Shown here: one piece after another, positions 46,221 through 62,597 of the stretch | How positions within the stretch are numbered: position 1 is the stretch's first letter | Layout: each line of letters opens with the position of its first letter | DNA from: Marsupella aquatica | Taxonomy: Eukaryota; Plantae; Marchantiophyta | Direction of reading: 5' to 3' | Assembly: GCA_973895155.1 (NCBI GenBank) | Contig: OZ316894.1 | Coordinates: 16,350,116-16,414,115, forward strand | Length of the DNA stretch: 64,000 nt | The notes under the pieces: model-generated | The model's input: only the letters and a program-made list of their open reading frames with translations | What the model was told of the DNA's origin: nothing | Database searches by the model: none | Position numbers and translations under genes: made by a program

Positions 46221-48489
46221 CACTCGCTCGCCGTTCTGTTCCTCCACCACATTGATAGACTGATGGCAGATGAAATGCAGGACGGGGCTTCGGATTTGGC
46301 AGCTTCACCCTGTTTTTGCGTCTGATCTTTCGTTCAGAGTAGAGTTCACACTGAGCTGCGTTTCGGGAACATCTTAAACCCCTGTCCGAACGAAAACCCC
46401 GACGAAAGCTGCTGAACCGGTATTTCATTTCATTGATTATAATTATAATTCGCACACTTTTGAAAGCTCTAAAAGTTTACTTGATTATGCCAAATTAACG
46501 TAAATACATGTTTGAACCAAAAACAAACGACATTGCAAAAATGCATTACTTACCATTTCCCATTCATCTTTGTCCCCCATCCTTGCACTTTCACTTTAGG
46601 TTATGCCCTAGCTTAGAGTCACCGTCTACCCCTATTCCTATTTTCTGGTTGCACTCTGGCTTTCAATTATGTCCTTAAAGTCAAAGTCTGTAGAGAGTAC
46701 GCCATGGCATTAGAGTCATGGTGTAGAGGCTTCTCTATAGGGAGTAGGCTTAGGCAGTAGGCTTAGGCAGTAAAGTCATGGTGTAGAGGCTTCACTCAAA
46801 AGCATTACATACTTAAAGATGTTTGAAATATATTTTCTAGCAAAAATGACCAAATTGCTACTAGGCTACCAAAATTCTGAGATTTAATATATTGTCCTAT
46901 TTTTTACAAAATACATGTTTTATCCACTTTTTAATCTGATTAGTACTTTGTCATCTTTTTTCACGATGGGTTATGCAACGATCACCTTTGATTATTTTGT
47001 CTGTGGCCATCTTGCAACTTTTATGCATTGGATTGTCAAAAATCCCCTCAACCCTGAATGCTCTATCCTGCTATTGCCCTCCACCCTAAACCCTAAATCT
47101 CTTGCTTTCATCCTGTACCAACCCATTTCACTTGTGGTCACCTTTGATTTGTGATAGGAAGAGACCCACCCCTGTTGGAGGGCCCAACAGGGTGGGCAAG
47201 TTAGGATCATCAAGATTAGTTTTAGCCATCACATGGTAATTTAACTAATGTTGGATAGTTTTGAGGTAACCTGAGATCATTTGCTTAACCCTGGTTAAAT
47301 TGATGGCAAAGTAGTAAACACAGTGGTACAATATACATTCTATACTATAATTTGCCATTTAATTATAGAATTAAATTATAGGTAGCTACTCTGACAATAG
47401 TGAGCTACAGGCCATAATTTATATGATGACATAATTAAATTTAATAAAAAATATTAAACTCTGCTTGTCAGTAAGAATGGGCATGGAAAGTATTGGTACA
47501 GGGAGCCCTTCATGTGCATGCACATGATTATTAGAGCTAGCTTTTGAACAATAAGGCAGCTCAGTAAGTTGCAGTGCCAAAATTATCTAAATACCCTTAA
47601 AGTATGAAATCTACATGTCTTGGCTAGGCAAAGGTGTCCCTTGTGTGCCTCGATGATAACTTACAACAGATGATAACTTACAACTATGTGAAGATAGTGC
47701 AAATTCAATAGCAAGTAAGGTTTGCTCTATTACTCGCAATGCAGTTCAGGGTTGGTGCATAAAGAACACTTCCATTCCAGAGAACTAGGAAGAGGTTTTT
47801 TGGAATTTCACAAAATTTAAGGGGTATTTTGGGAAATTGTCACTAAGTTGTATACCATAATGTAAGTTTCTTGAGTTGCAGATGTGCTATGATACCAAAA
47901 TCTTGTATATTCAGAAAGTATTCAATTGGAGGTGCCGGTATTGCCACACCAACAACAACATGAACCCAATGACTGCATGGCTAGCTACAACAATAGTTGT
48001 GCAGCCATAAGCTATTAGGTAAGCAAAATTAATATTTGAAATCTCCTTGTGAGTAATTTCTGGCAGTGGTGCACATGTATTGATACTACAGTAGTAACAT
48101 CAAATGGAGTTATGTACATTTATGAATTCCCAATGTTTTTGTGTTTCCAGTTGAAAAGGTACATTTTGTCAGGAAGGCAGGTCACCAGCATGTAAACATT
48201 CTTGTTATTCCCATAATGTGTTGCCCAAAATTTATTGACTCTTTTTCACACCTCTGTATTTTATCCACATATTTTCATCACCTCCACATTTTTTGGTATG
48301 GGGCTACAGTAGTCCTTTTTGACATCTTTTGATATTGAATTGGCTAGTCCTTTGCATCACCTGGACATCTTTGGGTATAGTGCTAGTCCTATATATAACC
48401 ATCACATAATGACATTACCGGCCAGTAATTAGAGATCATTCAAAACACAATAAGTGCGTCAATAATAATAATCAAATTTTAAGTATCTG

Positions 48490-48672
48490 GTCACTAAAGA
48501 TGTTTGAATTTACAATATTATGACTGATTTTTTCGTCCTTACAAAACTATCATGGTTTCTATATATAGTTCTCGTAGTTACTTGGTAAACTTGTTATCGG
48601 TATACAAAATAGTGATATTTTTATAAATAAAAAACAATGAGAATATCGTGAATTAAAACAGCTTTACTGGAC
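48490..48672. mobile_element. Second copy of the AT-rich foldback MITE-like element (cf. 15898-16088)
   Basis: GTCACTAAAGATGTTTGAATTTACAATATT ... AATATCGTGAATTAAAACAGCTTTA; the central segment is inverted relative to the first copy. Confidence 0.55.
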
Positions 48673-48926
48673 TCAACAAAGACCTTCAATAATTAGGAAC
48701 CTCAATAAAGACAAGTTGGTGGGGCGGTTTAAGAAAAAAAACAAAAAAACAAAGACCGCACGAGAGGGTGCATCAGCGTTCCTTTACTTTCACGGCCTTC
48801 CTTTCCCTTCCCTTTCCTTCCTTTCCCTTCGTCTTCGTTGAGGCATGTGCGCAGACATACCTTCGCCATCGTGCCCGCCCGCACACGTCTGCGACCCTTT
48901 CTTGCGACCCTCTCCCCCTCTCTCCC

Positions 48927-48975
48927 TGTCTAGTCTAGTCTAGTCTCGTCTAGTCTCGTCTCGTCTCGTCTCGTC
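48927..48975. repeat. (GTCTA/GTCTC)n microsatellite near the probable RabH1 transcription start
   Basis: Directly visible. Confidence 0.85.
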
Positions 48976-49671
48976 GCCCTCTTTCTTTCGATCTCTCAGC
49001 TCATCAGTTCAGTCTCCTGAATCTGCTTTTGCTGCCTTCGCCACTCAGTGGAGAAGGTACGTTCTCCGTCTGCTCTGCCCGGGGCGCTGCTCTGGCTCTG
49101 CTCTGGCTCTGCTCAGCTCTGTTCCTGGGGGAGGAGCTTCGTGCGAGGGAAACGAAGTCTGTGTATATATTCTCCGATAGTTCCGAAATCAGTTCCGAAA
49201 TCGATTTCTTTCTCGCTCTTCAGCTGCACTGTACTACAGCTGCTACCTCTGGGGCAGATCTCGTGGGTCTTTCTGTGCAGGGGGTGGTGGCCTCGATTTT
49301 GGAAGGGGAAGAGGAAGGGGAGAGAGAGCGAGAGGAGTGAGTCTAGGGGACAGATCGAGTGGTGCAGTAGCCAGGGGGGGGTGTCTGACTGGATGGATGG
49401 GGTCTGCGCTTAAGAGCGGGGCAGCGTCGGCAAGAGGCGGTGGATTTCTGTTCATGGACCATTTGTGCGGAGAGCGTCACTTCGAAGTTGTATGAAGAAC
49501 AGCAGGTGGCTGGTTTGGGGCACCGATCGAATGAATAACATCTGTCAATCGTCGATCTTCTGAGGAGAGGAAAGTGGGAGAAGACCGAAATAGGGACAGG
49601 AGAGGGGTTTGAGTAAGAAGAGAGGCCCGGGTAAACTAATATTCTGAAGAGGAGGGAGATTTGAACATTGA

Positions 49672-52994
<3,323 letters not shown>

Positions 52995-55065
52995 TCTTTT
53001 AGCCGGTGCACGATTCTGTGTTAGGAAATAGTGTAGTTTGCTCTTCCTTCTAGGTCGCATTCTTGTCTTGGCCCGCTTAGGTCAAGATGTATAGATCAAA
53101 AGGTTGGATATAGAGGACAATCAGCATGTGCCATTTAGACGCCACATTCAGAAGTTTTCCGGAATTGTAGTGAAAGCTTGGCCAGTGTGTCAATAGCATG
53201 TAGAAAGATTTTGGAGCAGCCTTCATCTTGTTGGCAGTCATTAATGCAAGCTATATTCCTTCTTACACTATGGGTGTCTTGCAAGAGAAGGTGCTAGTAG
53301 TTAGTACATACGTTGGATGATGGTTGCTTATTTCGATGTGCAATCATTTCGTGATTCTATGATAATTGAGTTTGGTCAGTCTGATATTCAAGATGCGAAT
53401 GAACTCCTGTAATTTCGTTCAGAGATTATGACGTTGTTCTTCTAACTCTTGTGAGTGGATCAGGGCATGGGTCAGGGCAATGTCAGAATGGAATGCTAGA
53501 CATCTGGAGTGTTTAATGGAACTGCACCAGGTCTGAACTTTTGAAAAGGGAGCAACTCGAACACGTAATGTGAAGTAAAAATCTGACGAGAATATGAGGT
53601 GCCGAAAGAAGTGGGGTCTGAACATTGTCTTAGACTGCACCTCCCCTTGATAATGCGGTTACCTCCTCCCTCACGATACTTCTACAAATGTTGGGCTTGC
53701 ATTTACAGGAACAGCAAAATCTACTAGGAAACTTGCAAGCCAAGCCTGCCCATGCTTGGAAAGAGAGAACTACTGTATAACAGTCCCTGGTTTGTAGGAG
53801 CTCTCCTTAAACTGAACCACAATTTGACGCTGTTCTTTCACATAGTTTGTAGGAGCTCTCCTTGAACTGAAGCACAGTTTGACCCTGTTCTTTCACATAG
53901 GACTCTCTTGTGTGCGACTTTCAGAGACGGTCCTTTTCTTACGCTTCACAGCCTATTGGTAATCTAACGTTGAACACTAAAGTTTTGAGGCACTCTACTC
54001 AGTCTGAGGTATAAAGGAAAACGAGGGTTTTGGCACCTCCAAGGGCAAGGCTTTAATTTTGACACATTGCACCTGGATACGGGTAACACAGTGCTGTCAC
54101 AAGACAAGTACCCATATTTCAAACTGCAACAGTAAATTTGCCAAGGGCAAGACGTGAAACCTGGAATTTAGCATTAAGAGGTGTATTTGTGTATTCTATA
54201 TATCCCCCCAACCTCCTGTTGGGTAATTGTACTGTGCAAGCAAACAGTAAAATTTTTCCTCACACAAACAAAAACAATTCCTGCATGACCCCTATTTTTC
54301 TACATGCAACTGCCTCGCTATAAACTACCTGGTTGGTAACATCCCTTTTGGGGACTCCCTTTTTGCTAGCAAGCTCGCGAGCCATCTGTAGCCTTTAAAA
54401 AAACCAAAAAAATGTAAAAGGCAGCAAAAAGTAACTGAAATTTGGAACCATTATTGTCTCGCTATCAAAATCTCCTCGCTATCAAAATCTCCTGTTTGCT
54501 CGCAACATAGAATACCTCCCCCCTGTTGAGCACATCCCAAGTCCCCAAATAGTCAAATCTTGGATTGGGGCAGTTGGGAGTTTAGGTGTGACTCTCAAAC
54601 TGCAGCTGAATTGTGAAGGCAGTAGAAGGCTGCCAACATAGGTCTGCCAGGCTGCCAACATAGGTCTGCCCTGGCAAGACTGTGTGTCACATACAGTAGC
54701 AGATGTATATATCAACCAGAGCCTCATCCCCCATGTTGTGTGGGTCATCACAACCCAAACCTGAGCTAGACATGATACCATGTTGATTCCTTTGGAAGAT
54801 TTAGCACGCATTGATTTTGTTAAGTACTATAGGTCATCCTCCCTAATAAAGAGCTCTACCTTATTTATCATTAAACATACAACATTAATTAGCCTCGAGA
54901 TGATCTTTCATACTTAATGCATTGAGACTCCCTAATAATTAAGAATGAAAGGCAAGATAGAGGCTAATCAATGTGATTAGCCCCGTACAGGACTGCCTGC
55001 TGCCCAGTATTTCTGACTTTAGTATGTGGTTAAATACCTAGAGCGAATCAACTTGGACACCAACT

Positions 55066-55135
55066 GCTCCAAGGCTAGATGGTAGAGCAGCATCCTTTGG
55101 GATGCAACAGGTCTCAGGTTTGAATCTGGTGAGTC
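55066..55135 (+). other. tRNA-derived SINE head or tRNA pseudogene
   Basis: A-box-like GGCTAGATGGTAGAGC, stem-loop GCATC-CTTTGG-GATGC, and B-box-like GGTTTGAATC. The acceptor stem is not intact. Confidence 0.45.
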
Positions 55136-56237
55136 ATTCACCCCATCCAAAAGTGGGGATCATTCACACTCTAGTCACACTTAGAAAAAAGGTGACTTTG
55201 AAAAAAAATTGGGCAGCAAGTGCGGGTGGCAAAAAGGTACGGGAGGCTCATTATGAGCCTCGATCTTGTCTTTCGTCGTGAATCCCTAATATGTCTGGTT
55301 GGGTTGTACTCTGTCCGGTTGGGTTGTATACTCTGTGACAAGCCTTAAATGCCTCCCATGCGCACAAGCCTAAAGCTGACCTCCTATAGCTGGCTTGACA
55401 TGGTGAGGAGTCAATGTTGCCTGGATTCAATTACTTAGGGTGAATTTGCAAGCGGTCGAGGGCCCATTGCTTCTTTTCATTCCTTCTAATATTAAATCTG
55501 GACCGTACAATGAATGGAAACAGGTGCAGTTTGCTTTACAAGATCTCAGAGGCCCATTCAGGTATGGTTTCTACCAATCCTACATGGTAAGCAGTGAGTC
55601 CAAGGGAATGCCAAGTAGAGTGGTTATGTAAAGTAGAGTTGGTACAAACATTAACAATTTCAAACTTTGCCTCCTTCCTCCAAGGTACTTCCATCTATTG
55701 AATTAATTTCAAATGATTTTGGTCTGGACTTTTATCTTTAGAACAAGATGTGGGCCTCCAGTTTGCTTAGGTGATAAAAGTCTTGTAAAGCCACACTTAC
55801 TCCAGTTCTTCAAAATCACAAGTGGGATTGTTAGCGTGTTACAGGATGAGCGACTCGTTTTGTTCATTCTTCTGTAGTTCAACAGTTCTCCTCCAATCCT
55901 CAGGCTGAATTCAGGCAGATTGGGAAACTCACTTTCTTACAATCGGTTCCCACTCTCACATGTTGCCCGCCTGCCCGTTTTCGTTTAGGTGATAAGGGAG
56001 CGAGTAGGAGAGTGGCGTTTAATTTTCCAAGTGTCAAGGCTTTTGTATGCAATGGGCTTTGGTGAACCCTACTTTGGGATGGGGGTTTGTGCAAAAGCTG
56101 GTCAACTTGTGAAGCCTTTAACTTGCAACCTCAATTACGACAATGAATCGTTCTGGGCTACGCTTGCTAGAATAACTAGTATGAAACAAAATCTAAACTT
56201 GTGTGTATCCATGCATCATAGGTAGCATTTCGAGTGT

Positions 56238-56302
56238 GTACTCTTAAATCCAGACATGTATGTGCTAGTGTGGAGCACATACATGTTTGGATTAAAGAGT
56301 AC
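56238..56302. other. Near-perfect hairpin with 29-bp arms
   Basis: GTACTCTTAAATCCAGACATGTATGTGCT-AGTGTGG-AGCACATACATGTTTGGATTAAAGAGTAC (one mismatch plus one G:U). Confidence 0.75.
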
Positions 56303-56513
56303 CTCTCTTGGGGGTCTCTTCATCTGTTCACTTGGTCCATTCCTATTTTAAGTCATTTGCATTAAAAGTGGACCCACAAGTCCTTCATGAGATCTTCTCC
56401 TCTTAGAGCCAGAAGGGCTCTAGCCAAAGAGCTAAGTGACTTTGAGGTGAAGTAGGTCCCCAACTTGTCTCTTAGCAAATTACTCTGGGCACCATTTGCT
56501 CGGGTTAGCATTA

Positions 56514-56735
56514 CAAGACGTTGGGGGCCTTAATAGGATTCCAAAAACTCTTTCAGCCCGTGTATCTTTGTATCTCAAATGGCACTCCGCTTTGCTTTGG
56601 TGAAAAAAGTTCACAAATGCAATTACCTTATCAAGGACGTTGGGGACCATAAAAGGATTCCAAAAACTCTCTTAGCCCGTGTATCTTTAGTATCTCAAAT
56701 GGCACTCCACTTGCTTTGGTAAAACAAGTTCACAC
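56514..56735. repeat. Diverged tandem duplication, ~119-bp period x 2
   Basis: GACGTTGGGG..GGATTCCAAAAACTCT..AGCCCGTGTATCTTT..TATCTCAAATGGCACTCC occurs twice. Confidence 0.82.
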
Positions 56736-57534
56736 AAGCCCAGGGAGGCATGACTCTGTGATAGTTCACTTGAGTGGAGACCTAAAGGTCTTGGGTCCAA
56801 CTCTTGTGATTGACTATTCCCTTTGTGTGGGGTTTCACTGATTTCCCTTAAACCACCCAATTCCACCAGGTTCCGGGAGGAGAAAGTAGAGCACTTTTTT
56901 TTCTTCCTGTTTTGAGCCCATTTTATTTTAGTAACCTGGGTCCTTTCTACCTTTCTGTTTGGAGCCCATTTAAATTTATTTTAGTAACCTGGATCCACCA
57001 GGGAGAGTGGCGAGAGTGGCGCTTTAAATGAAAAATATAAAAAGTTCCGAAGTGCCCCATTTTCTTGTAAAACCATCCCGATGAGCCGTGCTTCTCATTC
57101 ATTCCTGAAGTGTTCATCAGTTCCCCTCAAGAGTACACAGTAGAACCTCCGACAGGAACGTAATGAATTGCTCCTTGTGCTGTTCGTATAAAAGTAAGAT
57201 CAGACCCACAATTCGGTCGCTCGGTCGGTCGACAGCAAAGCCTACCATCGCGCCCGAAAAGCACCGCCCTTCGAGTTTATAGGAAAGGAAGGCGGCAGAT
57301 AGAGAAAGTGTTGTGTTGTGTTGTGTTGGGTTGTGTTGTGGTGATGGTGTTTGATCGATTCTCTGTTCGGAGGAAGGAGTGATGGATGAATGATCGGGGT
57401 CGGAACTACAGAATTGCAGTGCAAGTCATCGTTGAAGGTGAAGATTGGAAAGTACCGGCCGGTGCATCGGAGGAGGCCAGGCCGGGAGAGGAATTGGATT
57501 GGACGAGTCGCCTCCGACCTGGGTAGGAAGCACC

Positions 57535-60417
57535 ATGGGGCAACTATTTTCGAAAAAACCAAAAGTGACTGAAGTCGATAAAGCTGTTTTGGTTCTCAAG
57601 ACACAGCGCCGGAAATTAGTTGCTTACCAGAGGAAGGTACTGTACCATCCGCGTCTCGCGTTACAACTCATTGCTTACGACCCCGACCTCATTGCAGCAT
57701 TGTTTTCTGGAGTCCTGAGGGTTCAATAGTTTCGGAGTTCATTCATCTTCCTGAGGAGATTGTATGTTACATGGCAATTTACGTACTGGAGTGTGAACTA
57801 GTGTTCATATTTGTGATCTTCCTACTCGGTGTCATTTCTATCTTGCTAGCCCTTCGGTCGGGGGGCGCTCCGTCACATTTAGGGCCTACATCTCCTGGCA
57901 GCATTCAGTGCTCATGTTTTGAGATCCTCTCTCCAGGCTCTCCCGGGATAGGGATATTTGCGTCTCACGAAATGATCGCTTTGGGGACGTCTTGTTCGAG
58001 AAGTGGAAGATTCCTTTACCTAGTCTCTGGTGGATACGTGATAAGAGTTCCTGAAGTGAATTCTTCTGCAGTCCTTACATTTGACTGTCCAGTATTTCGA
58101 AATTAGGAGAGCACGCTATGCTATTTCGCAGATCGTCCCTTCGATTTGACCAGCGTGAATTGCAAACTTCCGCTTCTTCATTTGCAGTTGGATGTGGTAA
58201 TTGTACGAGAGCTGGAAGTGGCAAGGGAGCTGCTACAACAGAAGAAGAAGGAGCGGGCTCTACTTGCTCTGAAGAAGAAAAAATCACAGGAGGAACTCCA
58301 AAAAAAAGTAGACGTTTGGATATTGAACGTTGAGCAACAGGTGCGTGTAGACCTGGGATCTGGAGAAAATTTACAATCAGAGTTTATCATGGTGGATATG
58401 TGAAGAAAGGCCTCCCATTAGATGTCACAATCCTGTGACCGAATCAGAGAGTTTTATCAGTGGTCATATGCTGCTGAACAAAGTTTCAGATGTTCTTTTA
58501 TTTTATTTTAGTGATGCATTTCAATACGTTTGAAACTAGATAGACAAAGTGGCCGTTACATATATTGACCCCATATAGTCAGGATGGAAAGACAAGACGA
58601 CGATAGTCGTTGTTGTTTATTGTGGCCCACCTTGTTATATCTTGTCATGCCATCACTTCTGATAGTAGTCTGCTTAACTGTGCTTCATTGTGATTAATAC
58701 ATTCTATGGTCTGACCCATTACTGCCCTTGTGTCGCCAAGATCTTCACATTCAATAGAGGGGTGTGATGTTCAGGGGGGAATTTGTGGTGTGATGCTAGG
58801 CTGGTGTTTAAGCTCTGGAAATGTATGATAATTGTTAGGGTTGCTGCAGCTCGCAGATGTTGAGATAGCAGGCAGGCAGAAGGCTGTATTTGAGAGTCTT
58901 AAGGTAGGGCATAAGGCAATAGAAGACCTGCACAAGGAGATCAACGTTGAGGATATACAAAAGCTTATGGAGGAGTCAGCAGAAGCTAAGGCTTATCAAG
59001 ATGTACGTCCCCAAGGCTTGGCTTGGCTTATTGAATTTCCTTTAAAGGAGGGATCAAGTGCCTGCAGTGTTGGCATGTACCGTTCAAAACTGCGGCTAAC
59101 ATGTATTCTAAGTAAATTTTGGTTTTCCTGTAGGAAATCAACCAAGCCTTGGATCAACAATTGACAGCTGAAGATGAAGAAGCTGTTTTGGCTGAGCTCG
59201 AGAGTATTGAATTGGAGGTAAGTCATACTGATTCTCTTTCTCAAGCTTTCCATAAAATTTCTTATTCCATCCGTGGACGGTCCCTTCATGTCTGTCGCGA
59301 CCTATTGTTGTGCCCACGATTAGTATGTTGTTAGTACTTGATTAGAGCTGTCGTGGTAATTACAAGTTTTTAGCCCAGATGATTTCTTATGCAGCGGGGA
59401 AACCTTGAATGTAAGGCAATATGTGAGCAACATTGTAAGGATCACGTTAGTGTTTGGAAAGCAAAATTTTCATTGATGATTGTCTCTTGTACTCTTGCTT
59501 ATACCTGGAAGGTCATGCAAGGGTCTTTAGACAATCCCTCAATGATTCGTTCCTCTTTTCCATTGCATGATCCTCAAGCTTGTTAATCTTCGTCCTTGTA
59601 GGTTCCTGTAGCCTTGATTCCATTTTGTAGTTATTTTTTTTCCCCTACTGTGTATTTACCTCATTGTTAGATTTGGCTTCAGGAATGCAAGAGCATTATA
59701 CCGTCGCTTGTTGTTTTGGTGGTTTTTTTGCAATGCTCGTTTGTGTAGCTCATTCGGCATCTCACATGGGGTTCTAATTTATAGACGTGTACTTTCAACA
59801 GCTAAGCAAAGGCTGCTGGATTTTTTGAGTTAATGCTAATGCTCTTAATGTTGATCCTAAATTGATCCTTTCATACGGTTGTGGTGGTAATCAGATGGAT
59901 TTAGAAAACTTTCCAGAACCACCCAAACAATTGCCAGACGTACCTGCAGTGAAGACATCTCCAGAAAGAGAGCAACCACGAAAAGAAAAAACTTCTGAAG
60001 ATCCATTGACGGAGCAATCAGATGGCCTGTCTGCCCTCTTGGTAAGTTCTGACAGACCACCTATGCGAGGCTCAGGGGCCGAGGCAGATGTGAAAACAGA
60101 AGAAGACGATGAAGATGATCTTGACCTTCCAAGTGTTCCAACATCAAGCGTTAGGATTCATGAGACTGATAACTCCAAGCAAAGGCCCTCAAGATCATCG
60201 GCAGCATCAAAGAAAGGTTAGTTTCATTTAGAGTTGTTTTTTCTAAGGCATTTTTCAGGGTAAATGGTTAGCGCATCCAAGATTGGCAGTAGTTGTACAT
60301 CTTTAACCAATCAGGGAATGCTTAATACTGTCTGCCGTCTATTTTGCTTACTTGGGCCTGTCAAAGCTCTAATTCATAGGGTTGGCGGATGCAGAGGAAG
60401 AGCCCCTACCAGCATGA
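57535..60417 (+). CDS. VPS20: ESCRT-III subunit VPS20 (CHMP6; Snf7 family)
   Basis: Exons 57535-57636, 58188-58340, 58850-59002, 59134-59217, 59895-60216, 60380-60417. Myristoylation-type [47 protein letters not shown], and the end EEEPLPA*. Confidence 0.93.
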
Positions 60418-61350
60418 TATGTCCCACGAATGACTTTTGTTCAAGCAACAGATTCGCATCTGCTTGTGAAAGACGGCTTGCTGCCATTGAGCAGGTCTGT
60501 CCATGGATATACAAGGGAACACTCGGATGCTTACTCAAGAGAGAGTAAGGAAATTATGTCTTTCAAAAGCAACCTTGCCCAGCAGCATTGTTTCAGATAA
60601 ACCAATGTCTGCCAATAGTGAGTTAGCAGTTCCAGTTACAGAACAAAAAAATATGCTCTGCTTAATGGCAACGTTTTATCAAACGTGGAGGAATCGCTTA
60701 AGAAGGTCACGAGTTCGTTTGAGGAAGGGCTTGTTGCTATCTATGCTTCTAAGCTAAATCTTCTCGAGGTTGGATGAGCGTCCCTGTTGACACTAGATCG
60801 AAACATGGCACAAGGGCAGTGGTGCTCGTAAGCTAGATTTTGTCTTGTGCTATTCAATGTCCAAAGACGACTTTATGTGTACATTAATTCCTTACAGCTG
60901 CAGGGCTATGCTCCCCTGAATAATGAAAGAGTAATCAAAGGGTTACCAACCTTTTGATTTCCGATTCTGATGCTTTTGATGCTTGGAGACGAGCTCGAGA
61001 TGATAATAGAAGTTGAAAGTTGTCTCTTATGAATCTCAGTTTGACTATTACCAGTGGTTTTATACTAAGAAATTTGTTGGTTCTTGAGTCTTTAGTTAAC
61101 AAAGATTGTTAAGACGGGTATGGTCGCTGAGATGTCCTGTGATAGTCTCTTTGAATCCTCGTCTTGGAAGAAATACAAGTGTACGAGCTCGATTGGGGGA
61201 TCATCTTGCGACGGGGCCCAGTGCTACAGAGAGTTACCATCGTTCTCAGCAACTATTATAGAGTAACTTTCCAATTTCCAAGTCTCTACAATTTTGGATT
61301 GATGAGTTTTTGAGACGAATGCGGGAGGGCTGTAAGCATGGCACATACGT

Positions 61351-61402
61351 GAGGGGGGGGTGGCAGCGGGGCGGGAGGGGAGGGGAGGGGAGGGGAGGGG
61401 AG
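61351..61402 (+). repeat. (GGGGA)n G-rich tract, potential G-quadruplex
   Basis: More than 6 runs of at least 3 G. Confidence 0.7.
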
Positions 61403-62324
61403 ATTGAATGACTTGAGGTTTTACAAACATTTCTAAAACTTCAATATTCCTTGCCCCCCTTTACACTTATTCCCCTTCCATATTTAAATCTTTTTGTCCT
61501 CCCTTGAAACTCTTCATTCATGACCTGTCCCCAATTATCAAACCTCGACCTTCCTCCTCGCTTGGGTACCAAGTGTCTTCCCTTTGGACTCCCTGTTCAC
61601 CCAACTTCAGCCTCCCCTCCCCACCCGTGCCTCTCCTACCTTCTATTTCGACTCTTTGGCCTCCCCATCCTTGCAATCTCTTTTGGCTCTACTCTGTGTC
61701 TGTGCAACCTCAGTGTCCACTCTCTCTACCTGCAAATAATGCCTTCTCATTCCACCATTATTCCTGCATGCAATGTTCCTTCAACACTTCTGGATAACTT
61801 GTGATCTTTCTCGCTACTGAAGTAAATGGTGCATGACCCTAAACCATCCTTGTGTTGTGCAGAAGGTGATAAACTTCGTAAGAAAATGATAGAGCAGATT
61901 CGGTATAGGAAAGAAACAAGTTGTTTTGTACAAAGGAAACAAAGATCATAATAAAAAGCAAAATGTTCATTGTCACTATACAAGGGAGAAGTGTCCAAAA
62001 CCTCTCCCTTTCCAGTCAGTTTAGACAGGTGGAAACAGGCCAGAAATATTTCTAAATCCTTATTTCCACAGGATTCTACTATGCGGCTCTCCTATGCGGT
62101 GGCTCTCCTATGCGGTTTACTCTAGAGCTATACCAAGCTTTTCAGTTTGTTGCTCAGTAGGGCTTCAGTTCTTTTGCGGTTGATAGAGACTCTCAGGCTT
62201 GTTGGCTCTTTGGTCTTCTTGAGTTTTTCCCTAGTTTCTCCCCCTTTATTGGGTCTCTGGCCTTGGAATCCTATCTTCCTCTTAGGCACTTTTTGCTAGT
62301 TTGGTAGCATGATATATATATTTA

Positions 62325-62597
62325 AATTGGCCACATATAATGATTTGGCCAACTATTTTATAACAATTTGGCCATAACTATTATATGTTGCCCAACTTTT
62401 ATACGTGGCCATATTATAATTGGCCAACAAATTGATAAAACACATAAATGATTAGTTTTAAAAAAATTAAAATTTAAAAAATAGTTGTTGATTAAGTGGC
62501 CAATTATGTTGGTAACAAAATGGTTGGCCACATATAATAGTTGACTTATATTTACTTATTCCTATCACATGACCACCCCCCCCCCCCCCCCCCCCCC
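62325..62597. repeat. AT-rich region with recurrent TGGCCA motifs followed by a poly-C run (probable TE subterminal region)
   Basis: TGGCCA(A/C/T) recurs about 7 times in 62328-62530; poly-C at ~62576-62597. Confidence 0.5.

Noticed and set aside
45928-46455. 175-aa ORF with poly-Lys
   Set aside because: An alternative frame over TRM4 exon 1; the poly-K comes from the (GAA)n microsatellite.
55066-55135. Functional tRNA-Pro gene
   Set aside because: The acceptor and T stems do not pair properly and the anticodon loop is irregular.
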